Both the position numbers and the translations under genes were made by a program. Below are positions 1-7,483 of a stretch of 18,246 nucleotides of DNA, one piece after another (positions within the stretch are counted from its first letter, which is position 1; every line of letters starts with the position of its first letter). Location: the UHGV virus genome UHGV-0188933; one strand, 5' to 3'. This stretch comes from a virus. Under the pieces are notes generated by a model. That model was not told where the DNA came from. It ran no database searches and saw only the letters and a list, made by a program, of their open reading frames with translations.

Positions 1-166
1 TGCATTTATCAAGTGTTTCCTTCATTGATATCCCGAGAGCATCAACATGCAATGTTGTAGGGATGGCAATTTTTACGCCCGTTTTGCTTTGCTCGACATA
101 AAGATATCCATCTACGATATCAGACCACTTCATTTCGCATAAATCACCGACTCGTTGCCCGGTACA
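1..166 (-). pseudogene. int: lambda-type tyrosine integrase, internal fragment (N-terminal part missing; C-terminal part continues left of the window)
   Basis: Complement translation of 2-166 reads TGQRVGDLCEMKWSDIVDGYLYVEQSKTGVKIAIPTTLHVDALGISMKETLDKC, which I recognise as the central region of lambda Int-family integrases. The frame runs off the left edge. Int-like sequence stops near 166, where the + strand O-like frame begins. Confidence 0.7.
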
Positions 167-847
167 GGGAGCTATCGGACAACTGGACGCCCGTCGCTGG
201 TCAGAGAAACATTCATCCCCGACAACAAAGTTCGGAGCTTATTACGGACTTTTGAGTCGAAAGGGATGCTTAATATTTGCGCGATGGGGAAGAAATTTAG
301 CCTGTTTACAATCGTTAAATATGACGATTTTCAGTCAAAAAATTGTCCAACGGTTGTCCAACGGTTGTCCAACGCAAACACCAGTAATGGTGCGGCTCTC
401 AGCGGAGATTGTCCAACGGTTGTCCAACAGTTGTCCATAAACAATAATATAAATAATATCTCTAATACTGACGTATTAGAGAGTGCCACAGCAGACAAAA
501 AGTCTGACAAGAAAAAACCTTCCGTCAGCTGTCAGGATGTTGTCGATGCTTACCACGAAATCCTTCCTGAAGCGCCAAGAATCCGCGCACTGAATGACAA
601 GCGTAAAAACCAGATCCGAACGTTCTGGCGCAAAGCCGGAGTAATAACACGCCAACTTGACGGGCATGGGTTCACGATGCAGGACTGGAGAAATTATTTG
701 AGCTACGTTGGCGAAAATTGCCGATGGATGTTCGAAGAGCGCCCAAACCATCAACGCGGAACCGTCTGGCACAAAAAGGGATTTGATTTCCTGCTTAACG
801 ATAATACCTACCTGAAAGTTCGTGAGGGTGAACACGATGACCGATAA
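155..847 (+). CDS. O-like replication initiation protein, probably 5'-truncated (start uncertain; candidate starts TTG 155, ATG 266)
   Basis: Open frame follows a TAA at 140-142. Six 11-bp iterons and an AT-rich tract lie inside the coding region, as in lambda O/ori. It sits immediately upstream of a DnaB-type helicase (P22 gene 18/gene 12 style arrangement). No room for an N-terminal iteron-binding domain upstream of the iterons. Confidence 0.55.
   Translation: MPGTGSYRTTGRPSLVRETFIPDNKVRSLLRTFESKGMLNICAMGKKFSLFTIVKYDDFQSKNCPTVVQRLSNANTSNGAALSGDCPTVVQQLSINNNINNISNTDVLESATADKKSDKKKPSVSCQDVVDAYHEILPEAPRIRALNDKRKNQIRTFWRKAGVITRQLDGHGFTMQDWRNYLSYVGENCRWMFEERPNHQRGTVWHKKGFDFLLNDNTYLKVREGEHDDR
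343..441. repeat. origin iterons: 6 copies of TTGTCCAACGG-like 11-mer in two triplets (343-375 and 409-441)
   Basis: Direct tandem repeats ttgtccaacgg, ttgtccaacgg, ttgtccaacgc, then after a 33-bp spacer ttgtccaacgg, ttgtccaacag, ttgtccataaa. Confidence 0.8.
442..481. promoter_or_regulatory. AT-rich tract plus 9-bp inverted repeat (ctctaatac/gtattagag, 460-481) next to the iterons; putative unwinding element of the origin
   Basis: Sequence acaataatataaataatatctctaatactgacgtattagag lies immediately 3' of the iterons, matching the iteron + AT-rich + palindrome layout of lambdoid origins. Confidence 0.55.
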
Positions 848-1856
848 TTTTTATGCGCCGCCCCATAGCATCGAGGCAGAGCAGGCGGTGATTGGTGGAT
901 TGCTTCTGGATGATGACAGCAGTGAGCGCGTCCAGAAAGTTCTGGCGATGCTGAAGCCTGATTCATTTTACAGCCGACCACACAAAATCCTTTTCGAAGA
1001 AATAACCAGAATGCACCGGGAGCAAAAGCCAGTAGATGGCCTGACGCTTTTCGATGAACTGGAGCGTAAATCGTTAACGGCGTCTGTTGGCGGTTTTGCT
1101 TATATCGCTGAGATCGCAAAGAACACGCCAAGCGCAGCAAACATCGTTGCCTATGCAATGCAGGTTCGTGAAACCGCAATGGAACGCTACGCCATCAACC
1201 GCATGACTGAAGCGACGGAATTGCTCTATTCCCGCAACGGAATGACTGCAACGCAGAAGTACGAAGCTATTCAGGCGATTTTCACGCAACTGACAGACCA
1301 TGCAAAAACCGGATCGCGTCGCGGCCTTCGCTCATTTGGTGAGGTCATGGAAGACTGGGTTAGCGACCTTGAGAAGCGATTTGACCCGTCAGGCGAACAA
1401 CGAGGAATGAGCACAGGGATCCCATCTCTGGACAGGATGCTGTCACCGAAAGGTCTGGTGAAAGGCTCTCTGTTCGTCATTGGCGCTCGCCCTAAGATGG
1501 GGAAAACGACGCTATACAGCCAGATGGCAATCAACTGCGCAGTGCATGAGAAAAAGCCCGCTCTGATGTTCAGTCTTGAAATGCCAGGCGACCAGATACT
1601 GGAAAAGCTGGTAGGACAGAAGTCAGGTGTTAACCCGAATATTTTTTACATTCCGGCGACAAATGACGCTGATGACGGCTATCAGGGTGATTACGATGGT
1701 GACTTCAACAGGGCGATCGAAACAGCCAATCGCTTGAGTGAAATCGACCTGCTTTACATCGACGACACGCCGGGATTATCTCTGGCTCAAATCGTCAGCG
1801 AAAGTCGTCGAATCAAGCGAGAAAAAGGATGTGTTGGCATGATTCTGGTCGATTAG
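837..1856 (+). pseudogene. DnaB-family replicative helicase, ended by in-frame TAG at 1854-1856; lacks the C-terminal part of the RecA-like domain
   Basis: N-terminal PPHSIEAEQAVIGGLLLD and SVGGFAYIAEIAKNTPSAANI are DnaB N-domain signatures; Walker A is GARPKMGKTT; the ORF stops at ...GMILVD*, right where DnaB has ...IDYLQLM. ATG at 837 is preceded by GAGGG. Same-frame codons continue 1857-2039 but do not look like DnaB. Confidence 0.75.
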
Positions 1857-2040
1857 AGAACGTGCGAGGAAAACAAGGTGATTGACCAAAATCGAAGTTA
1901 CGAACAAGGAAGTGTCGAGCGAGCTTTAACGTGCGCTAACTACGGTCAGAAGCTGCATGTGCTGGAAGTTCACGTGTGTGAGCACTGCTGCGCAGAACTG
2001 ATGAGCGATCCGAATAGCTCGATGCACGAGGAAGAAGACG

Positions 2041-2763
2041 ATGAATGAGTTAATAAATGGCAATGCCATCAAAATGACAAGCATTGAAATCGCTGAGTTG
2101 GTTGGTAAGCGTCATGACAATGTGAAACGTACCATCGAAACGCTGGCTAAAAATGGTGTTATCCGGCTTCCTCAAATTGAGGTTTCCGAAAGAATCAATA
2201 ACTTAGGGTTCAATGTTCAGTACGAGCATTACGTCTTCGAAGGCGAACAAGGTAAGCGAGACAGTATTGTCGTTGTTGCCCAGTTGTCGCCGGAATTCAC
2301 CGCTCGCCTTGTTGACCGCTGGCGAGAGCTTGAAGAAGCTGCGGTTAATATCCCCAAAACGCTACCAGAAGCGTTGCGCCTTGCTGCTGATCTTGCTGAG
2401 CAGAAAATGCAACTGGAAAACCAGCTCGCAATTGCCGCACCTAAAGTTGAGTTTGCCGATCGCGTTGGCGAGGCCAGCGGAATTTTGATTGGAAACTTTG
2501 CAAAGGTTGTCGGTATTGGTCCAAACAAACTGTTTGCGTGGATGCGCGATCACAAAATCCTTATTGCTTCAGGTTCCCGGCGCAATGTGCCAATGCAGGA
2601 ATATATGGATCGCGGCTATTTCACAGTGAAAGAAACAGCGGTCAATACAAATCACGGAATACAGATATCGTTCACCACAAAAATCACCGGGCGCGGTCAA
2701 CAGTGGCTGACCAGAAAGTTGCTCGATAACGGAATGCTGAAAGTAACAGGAGAGGCTGCTTAA
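2041..2763 (+). CDS. phage antirepressor (Rha-type N-terminal domain plus KilAC-type C-terminal domain)
   Basis: 240-aa ORF; N-terminus resembles Rha-family regulatory proteins and the C-terminal half resembles antirepressor KilAC domains. Start overlaps the upstream stop (ATGA). Confidence 0.6.
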   Translation: MNELINGNAIKMTSIEIAELVGKRHDNVKRTIETLAKNGVIRLPQIEVSERINNLGFNVQYEHYVFEGEQGKRDSIVVVAQLSPEFTARLVDRWRELEEAAVNIPKTLPEALRLAADLAEQKMQLENQLAIAAPKVEFADRVGEASGILIGNFAKVVGIGPNKLFAWMRDHKILIASGSRRNVPMQEYMDRGYFTVKETAVNTNHGIQISFTTKITGRGQQWLTRKLLDNGMLKVTGEAA

Positions 2764-3053
2764 TGGCTAACCTACGCAAAGAAGCGCGCGGCAGAGAATG
2801 CCAGGTACGTATTTACGGCGTATGCAATGGCAACCCTGAAACTACAGTTCTGGCACATTACCGGATGGCTGGAATTTGCGGAACGGGAATGAAGCCTGAC
2901 GACCTGATCGGCGCATGGGCTTGTAGCGCGTGTCACGATGAAATCGACCGACGCACCCATAATCTCGACAACAAAGACGCCAGGCTTTACCACCTCGAAG
3001 GCGTGATCAGGACGCAGGCGATACTGCTGAAGGAGGGGAAGATTAAGTCATGA
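2763..3053 (+). CDS. ybcO: DUF1364 nin-region protein, YbcO-like (putative nuclease)
   Basis: MANLRKEARGRECQVRIYGVCNGNPETTVLAHYR...CSACHDEIDRRTH matches my recollection of E. coli DLP12 YbcO nearly residue for residue, including the Cys/His pattern. Confidence 0.75.
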   Translation: MANLRKEARGRECQVRIYGVCNGNPETTVLAHYRMAGICGTGMKPDDLIGAWACSACHDEIDRRTHNLDNKDARLYHLEGVIRTQAILLKEGKIKS

Positions 3054-3412
3054 ACGAATATCAGTTTGTGCTTCCATACCCGCCGTCGGTGAATACCTAC
3101 TGGCGAAGACGGGGAAGCCAATACTACATCAGCGATAAAGGCCAGAAATACCGAAAAGACGTTCAGCAAATCATCCGCCAACTTAAGTTAGACATTTTCA
3201 CCAAATCACGACTCCGCATCAAAGTCATCGCAGACGTTCCAGACTCCCGCCGCCGCGACCTCGACAACATCCTGAAAGGTTTACTCGACTCCCTTATCCA
3301 CGCCGGATTTGCGGAAGACGACGAGCAATTCGATGACATTCGCGTAATTCGTGGCGTGAAAGTACCAGGCGGACGGCTTGGAATAAAAATCACCGAACTG
3401 GAGAACGTATGA
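3050..3412 (+). CDS. rusA: Holliday junction resolvase RusA
   Basis: 120 aa; LPYPPSVNTYW...DSRRRDLDNILKGLLDSL...GGRLGIKITELE follows the RusA pattern (PWPPSNN, RRRDLDN, GGRLELTITE). ATGA overlap with upstream gene. Confidence 0.85.
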   Translation: MNEYQFVLPYPPSVNTYWRRRGSQYYISDKGQKYRKDVQQIIRQLKLDIFTKSRLRIKVIADVPDSRRRDLDNILKGLLDSLIHAGFAEDDEQFDDIRVIRGVKVPGGRLGIKITELENV

Positions 3413-3603
3413 ACGCCACAATTCAAACGATACCAGAGCTTCTTATCCAGACACGAGGCAATCAGACCGAAGTGGCAAGGATGCTTTCCTGCGCAAGAGG
3501 AACAGTGCTTAAGTACAACCGAGACAGCAAAGGCGAGCGTCACGTAATAGTTAACGGCGTCCTGATGGTCAAACAGGGCAAGAGGGGAAGACGATGGGCA
3601 TAA
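3409..3603 (+). CDS. ninH: NinH-like protein
   Basis: 64 aa; TIPELLIQTRGNQTEVARMLSCARGTVLKYNRDSKGERHVIVNGVLMV resembles lambda NinH (TIPDMLVEAYGNQTEVARRLKCSRGTVRKY). Position between rusA and Q is as in lambdoid nin regions. Confidence 0.75.
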   Translation: MNATIQTIPELLIQTRGNQTEVARMLSCARGTVLKYNRDSKGERHVIVNGVLMVKQGKRGRRWA

Positions 3604-4082
3604 GAGAACTAAACCTCACCAAAGAGCAGCACGAGTGGCTGAATGGCTGGCTTGAACTGTGGGGGGCATGGGTTTATTCAGGTCGTCTTGAAAAGCGCAT
3701 GAGCAGCGTAATAGCGAAGTTCATGGAGAGCGTAGAGCCGGGAAGAGTTATGACAAGGCCAATGTGCAATGATGATGATGGAATGTTGATTTCTCAGGTC
3801 GTCGATTCCGTCATGTACATTGACAAGAAAGCCTTTGGCATCCTCCTCAGCTACTACGCCCATGGATCTTCCAAGCACGCCATTGCATCTTACTATCATC
3901 GCGTCGCAAGACCTCGCAAGATGTTATGCCGGGGCGGAGGGCGCATTCAAAAACCATCGCTCGCAACCTGTCGTCGGGAAGTTGACGAAATCCTCAATGC
4001 CTCGTTGTTTATGATTTACCCGGTTCTGGATAGTGCGTTTAAAAACCGGAAACGTGTAGAGAAAATTAAACATGTAGCATAG
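3594..4082 (+). CDS. late-gene antiterminator, Q-like
   Basis: 162-aa Cys-containing protein in the Q position (after ninH, before the lysis cassette). Call rests on synteny and size more than on recognised motifs. Confidence 0.55.
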   Translation: MGIRELNLTKEQHEWLNGWLELWGAWVYSGRLEKRMSSVIAKFMESVEPGRVMTRPMCNDDDGMLISQVVDSVMYIDKKAFGILLSYYAHGSSKHAIASYYHRVARPRKMLCRGGGRIQKPSLATCRREVDEILNASLFMIYPVLDSAFKNRKRVEKIKHVA

Positions 4083-4126
4083 AACGTGTTGACATCATTG
4101 AGCAAATGAGCAACACTATTCGCATA

Positions 4127-4168
4127 AGCTGCCGTTAGTGACTCTTAAGTTGCAACGGTGGCTTTTTT
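4127..4168 (+). terminator. hairpin plus T-run downstream of Q (possible short late-leader terminator)
   Basis: 10-bp stem (agctgccgtt / aacggtggct, two G-U pairs) with 17-nt loop, followed by TTTTTTATTT. A TTGACA hexamer lies at 4089-4094. Confidence 0.4.
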
Positions 4169-4172
4169 ATTT

Positions 4173-4247
4173 GGGTCAGTCGTATAAAGGTCATTACGGA
4201 AGGCTGTTAACCTTCTTATCGTGGTTCGAGTCCACGCTATCCCGCCA
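4173..4247 (+). tRNA. tRNA-Asn-like element (anticodon GUU), possibly degenerate
   Basis: Perfect T-arm cgtgg-TTCGAGT-ccacg, perfect anticodon arm gaagg-CTGTTAA-ccttc (U33, anticodon GTT, A37), U8, A14, GG in D-loop, 3' CCA at 4245-4247. Acceptor stem has two mismatches (gggtcag vs ctatccc) and D-stem one. Confidence 0.45.
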
Positions 4248-4283
4248 AACATGCTGGTTTAGCTCCAATGGTAGAGGTGGTAA

Positions 4284-4709
4284 ATGCCGAGCAAAGATTA
4301 CTATCTTAATCGAAGGGCTAGGCTTGCTAAGACCGTGGAAAAGTTGGGTGGTCGTTGCGCGAGTTGCGGATCCGAATATTCGCTTCAGTTTGACCACATA
4401 GACCCTTCCACCAAATCAGCAAATGTAAGCGAGATGCACTATCACTCAGATTAGGTGTTTTATGCTGAGGTTGAAAAGTGCCAACTACTATGTTCTGCAT
4501 GCCACATTCAGAAAACCAAATTTGACCTTAGCTACTTAGTAGCTGGTGAGCTGAATGGTATGAGCAAGCTAACAATGGACAGCGTCCAGTTCATCAGAGA
4601 AAACTACATTCCACGACATAAGGTTTATGGAGCCAGAGGGCTAGGGAGAATGTTTGGTGTAACACATCAAACAGTGCTTTCAGCCTTAAATGGCGAAAGC
4701 TGGAAATAA
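4284..4709 (+). pseudogene. HNH endonuclease interrupted by in-frame TAG at 4452-4454
   Basis: Frame from ATG 4284 reads ...CASCGSEYSLQFDHIDPSTKSANVSEMHYHSD*VFYAEVEKCQLLCSACHIQKT...; the C-x2-C, DH, N and C-x2-CH elements of one HNH motif are split by the stop. Good SD (gaggtgg) upstream. Confidence 0.7.
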
Positions 4710-5126
4710 GCTGCGCGTCAGAGGTTCGATTCCTTTGCCCGCTCCAGTAAAAGCTTTCCAGTCTGCGATGATGGGTTCCCCGGAGTGACTGGAAAGCGAC
4801 CTGGTTTTGAATGGGCGCTGCTTTTTGCAAAATTGCTGTGTGAAAATACTGACCTTTGGGTTCAGCGCTCATCCAAAAGCATCACGTGAATTCACCAACG
4901 CTCATGTACTCTCCAGGAAACAATAAGTGATTCTGAAAAGTTCCGGTTAGATATTGCCCCGGTCACCGGATGATTTTATCTTTTGGTTCGTGGTGAATCC
5001 CCCTATGCGGCGGGGCGTCCAGTCAAACTTTTTTGTCCAGGTTTGTTTGCGCGGAACTAGTCGGCTGGGGCTGTTCCACCGGGAGGCACCCGGCGCCACC
5101 TCCTTGACGGTATTGTTATTTTTCAT

Positions 5127-5153
5127 GCCTGTTCGTCCGAGCAGGCTTTTTTT
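5127..5153 (+). terminator. intrinsic terminator about 410 bp upstream of holin (tR'-like)
   Basis: 8-bp stem (gcctgttc / gagcaggc with one G-U), 4-nt loop, then TTTTTTT. Confidence 0.6.
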
Positions 5154-5563
5154 GCCCGCATTATCTTCATTGAAAACTGGCAACTCAGAGAATCATCCAA
5201 ATTAAAAAAGCAGCAACGAGAGCGATTACTAATACATTCTTCGCTTTTTCTCTTCTGCTGGCCTTCACAAAAGGATTCACTATCCGGCAGTGGCTACACA
5301 CAAGTGATTCTGGGTTAATTAACTTTCCGCAGTAGGGGCAGGGCTTGATAATCATTGGTACTAATTAAGTTGTGAGAACGTAGTCTCATTTAACCACATT
5401 TATCGAGTTGTTTTACTAATGGTCTAGTTATTTCAGACATATTCATCAATTTCAGGCTCACGGGAATCATCCGCTACGTGCTTTGTTGATAAATCCAGCC
5501 CGTGAAGCCTGACCCTTTTCAAACACACACACAGCACCATCCGGAAAATCGGAGGTGAGGCCT

Positions 5564-5887
5564 ATGAAAATGCCATACAAACAAGATTTCATCGCTGCGC
5601 TACTTGCCGCCAAGGAGCAGGGTATTGGTGCAATGCTGGCTTTTATCATGGCGTATCTGCGTGGTCGCTATAACGGCGGCGCGGTAACAAAAACGCTAAT
5701 TGATGCGCTGATGTGCGCGATGATTGCCTGGTTCGTTCGTGACCTTCTGGACTTTATCGGCCTGAGCAGCAACCTCGCCTACATAGCCAGCGTCTTTATT
5801 GGATACATCGGCACCGATTCGATCGGCAATCTTATTAAAAAACTTGCAGCAAAAAAGGCGGGAGTTGACGATGCAAACCAGTCCTGA
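5564..5887 (+). CDS. S: class I holin, lambda S family, with dual-start motif
   Basis: [64 protein letters not shown]... is close to lambda S ([39 protein letters not shown]...). ATG-AAA-ATG with SD ggagg upstream. An in-frame GTG at 5555 gives the longer ORF in the track. Confidence 0.9.
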   Translation: MKMPYKQDFIAALLAAKEQGIGAMLAFIMAYLRGRYNGGAVTKTLIDALMCAMIAWFVRDLLDFIGLSSNLAYIASVFIGYIGTDSIGNLIKKLAAKKAGVDDANQS

Positions 5888-6320
5888 CGGAATTGCTCTG
5901 ATAAAAAAATTTGAAGGTTGTCGGCTGACTGCTTACCCCGACCCCGGAACGGGAGATGCGCCGTGGACCATCGGCTATGGCTGGACCCATCCGGTTGACG
6001 GAAAGCCAGTAAAGCGCGGTATGACTATCGACCAGCAAACCGCTGACAGGCTTCTGAAAACAGGGCTTGTTGGTTATGAGAATGACGTGCTGAAAGTTGT
6101 CAGGGTGAAGCTGACACAAGGCCAGTTCGACGCACTGGTGTCGTTCGCTTACAACGTTGGGTCGCGTGCTCTTTCCACATCTACACTGCTGAAAAAGCTG
6201 AATGCTGGCGATATAAAAGGCGCGGCAGATGAATTTCTGCGCTGGAATAAATCAGGCGGAAAGGTGATGCCGGGGCTCACGAATCGCCGCAAGGCAGAGC
6301 GAGCTCTGTTCCTGTCATGA
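5871..6320 (+). CDS. endolysin, T4-lysozyme-like (GH24) muramidase
   Basis: Protein from ATG 5871: [40 protein letters not shown]... with E-x8-D-x5-T catalytic spacing; ends [11 protein letters not shown] like P22 gp19-type lysozymes. Start overlaps holin end. Confidence 0.85.
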   Translation: MQTSPDGIALIKKFEGCRLTAYPDPGTGDAPWTIGYGWTHPVDGKPVKRGMTIDQQTADRLLKTGLVGYENDVLKVVRVKLTQGQFDALVSFAYNVGSRALSTSTLLKKLNAGDIKGAADEFLRWNKSGGKVMPGLTNRRKAERALFLS

Positions 6321-6784
6321 TTAGCGCACTGGTTAAGCGTTACTGGCTGCAGTTGCTGGTGCTGGCGTTAATCGGCGCACTGGCTTTCTTCGTGAACCAC
6401 TACCGCGACAACGCCATCACTTACAGAGACCAGCGCGATAAGGCCACTGAGAAACTCCTCCTGGCGACCGCCACCATTAAAGACATGCAGACCCGCCAGC
6501 GTGATGTCGCTGCACTGGATGCCAAATACACCGGAGAACTGGCTGATGCGAAAGAAACCATTGAGCGTCTGCATAGCGATGTCATTGCTGGCCGTAAGCG
6601 CCTGCAAGTCGCCGCCACCTGTGCAAAGTCAACGACCGGAGCCAGCAGCATGGGCGATGGAGAAAGCCCAAGACTTACAGCAGATGCTGAACTCAATTAT
6701 TACCGTCTACGAAGTGGAATCGACAAGATAACCGCGCAGGTTAACTACCTGCAGGAATACATCAGGACGCAATGCCTGAAATAA
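6317..6784 (+). CDS. Rz: i-spanin Rz
   Basis: 155 aa with N-terminal TM segment ([16 protein letters not shown]) and coiled-coil-like remainder, immediately after the endolysin (ATGA overlap). Confidence 0.8.
   Translation: MISALVKRYWLQLLVLALIGALAFFVNHYRDNAITYRDQRDKATEKLLLATATIKDMQTRQRDVAALDAKYTGELADAKETIERLHSDVIAGRKRLQVAATCAKSTTGASSMGDGESPRLTADAELNYYRLRSGIDKITAQVNYLQEYIRTQCLK
6546..6731 (+). CDS. Rz1: o-spanin Rz1 (lipoprotein) embedded in the +1 frame of Rz
   Basis: [33 protein letters not shown]...: signal peptide with lipobox VSAC and proline-rich mature part, wholly inside Rz. Confidence 0.75.
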   Translation: MRKKPLSVCIAMSLLAVSACKSPPPVQSQRPEPAAWAMEKAQDLQQMLNSIITVYEVESTR

Positions 6785-6816
6785 TTTTTTTGCAAATCAC
6801 AAAGTCCATTTAATGA

Positions 6817-6838
6817 GCCTCGCGATGCGGGGCTTTTT
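6817..6838 (+). terminator. intrinsic terminator after lysis cassette (first of two)
   Basis: gcctcgc-gat-gcggggc, 7-bp stem, followed by TTTTT. Confidence 0.65.
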
Positions 6839-6845
6839 GCAATAA

Positions 6846-6870
6846 ATGCGTACCGCAACGCATGTTTTTT
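6846..6870 (+). terminator. intrinsic terminator after lysis cassette (second of two)
   Basis: atgcgt-accgca-acgcat, perfect 6-bp stem, then g + TTTTTT. Confidence 0.65.
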
Positions 6871-6985
6871 ACACCGAACCTGCCCCTTTGGAATGGGCCT
6901 TTGAGGATACCAGTTAGTGCTGGCGAGCCTCGGTGGGCTGGTTTCCTGTGCGGCAAAGGTTCATTTCAAAGAGTAGGTACACGCT

Positions 6986-7483
6986 ATGAAATCATTAACC
7001 CTCTTCAATCAACCAATTCGTATCGGTGAAGATGGCATGATCTGCCTCACTGATATGTGGAAAGCTAGTGGTAAAAGTGAATCTGAATCGCCTTACCACT
7101 ACCTGCGAAACAAGCAGACCAAAGAGTTCTTAGCCGAGCTGGAGAAAAACCACGAATCTGTGGTTTTTACTGAGCGCGGTGTACACGGTGGAACATATGG
7201 CGGGAAGTTTGTTGCTTACGATTATGCGGCTTGGTTAAACCCCGGGTTCAAGTACGCGGCCTATAAAGTCCTCGATGACTACTTCACCGGAGAACTTCAG
7301 CATCGCAACAGCTTAAGTGCGCAGCTCAACATGAAATGTCATGAGTTTGACCAGAAGAAAGACATGGCGAGCTTCTGCGGACAAGGGCTGGCAGCATGGC
7401 GCTATACGAAGCCAGTGTTGGTCGCTGAGATTAACTCCCTGGCTAACCAGCTGCAGATTACGATCCCCGGGCTTCCGGGATGA
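6986..7483 (+). CDS. KilA-N domain protein
   Basis: MICLTDMWKASGKSE...KEFLAELEKN...GVHGGTYGGKFVAYDYAAWLNPGFKYAAY matches the KilA-N pattern (TDxWKA, GGT, YAxWLxPxF). Confidence 0.7.
   Translation: MKSLTLFNQPIRIGEDGMICLTDMWKASGKSESESPYHYLRNKQTKEFLAELEKNHESVVFTERGVHGGTYGGKFVAYDYAAWLNPGFKYAAYKVLDDYFTGELQHRNSLSAQLNMKCHEFDQKKDMASFCGQGLAAWRYTKPVLVAEINSLANQLQITIPGLPG

Noticed and set aside
252-440. 62-aa + strand ORF overlapping the iterons in another frame
   Set aside because: Its sequence is generated by the repeat (VQRLSN recurring) and it sits inside the O-like frame; a repeat artefact.
343-441. Tandem direct repeats considered as a possible CRISPR array
   Set aside because: Units are only 11 bp, mostly contiguous with no unique spacers, and lie inside an O-like replication gene next to an AT-rich tract; they are origin iterons.
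476-1534. Minus-strand ORFs (476-835, 808-1179, 1074-1301, 1271-1534) antisense to the O-like and helicase genes
   Set aside because: They are fully overlapped by + strand genes with clear homology and have no recognisable features; typical antisense ORFs.
4138-4401. 87-aa + strand ORF spanning the tRNA-like element and the HNH start
   Set aside because: It runs through the tRNA-like structure and in a different frame from the HNH motif; the HNH frame from ATG 4284 explains the region better.
4594-5205. ORFs 4594-4872 (-), 4947-5183 (-) and 4954-5205 (+) in the late leader
   Set aside because: They overlap the HNH gene or the terminator hairpin, have no motifs, and the region is better explained as regulatory and structured RNA.
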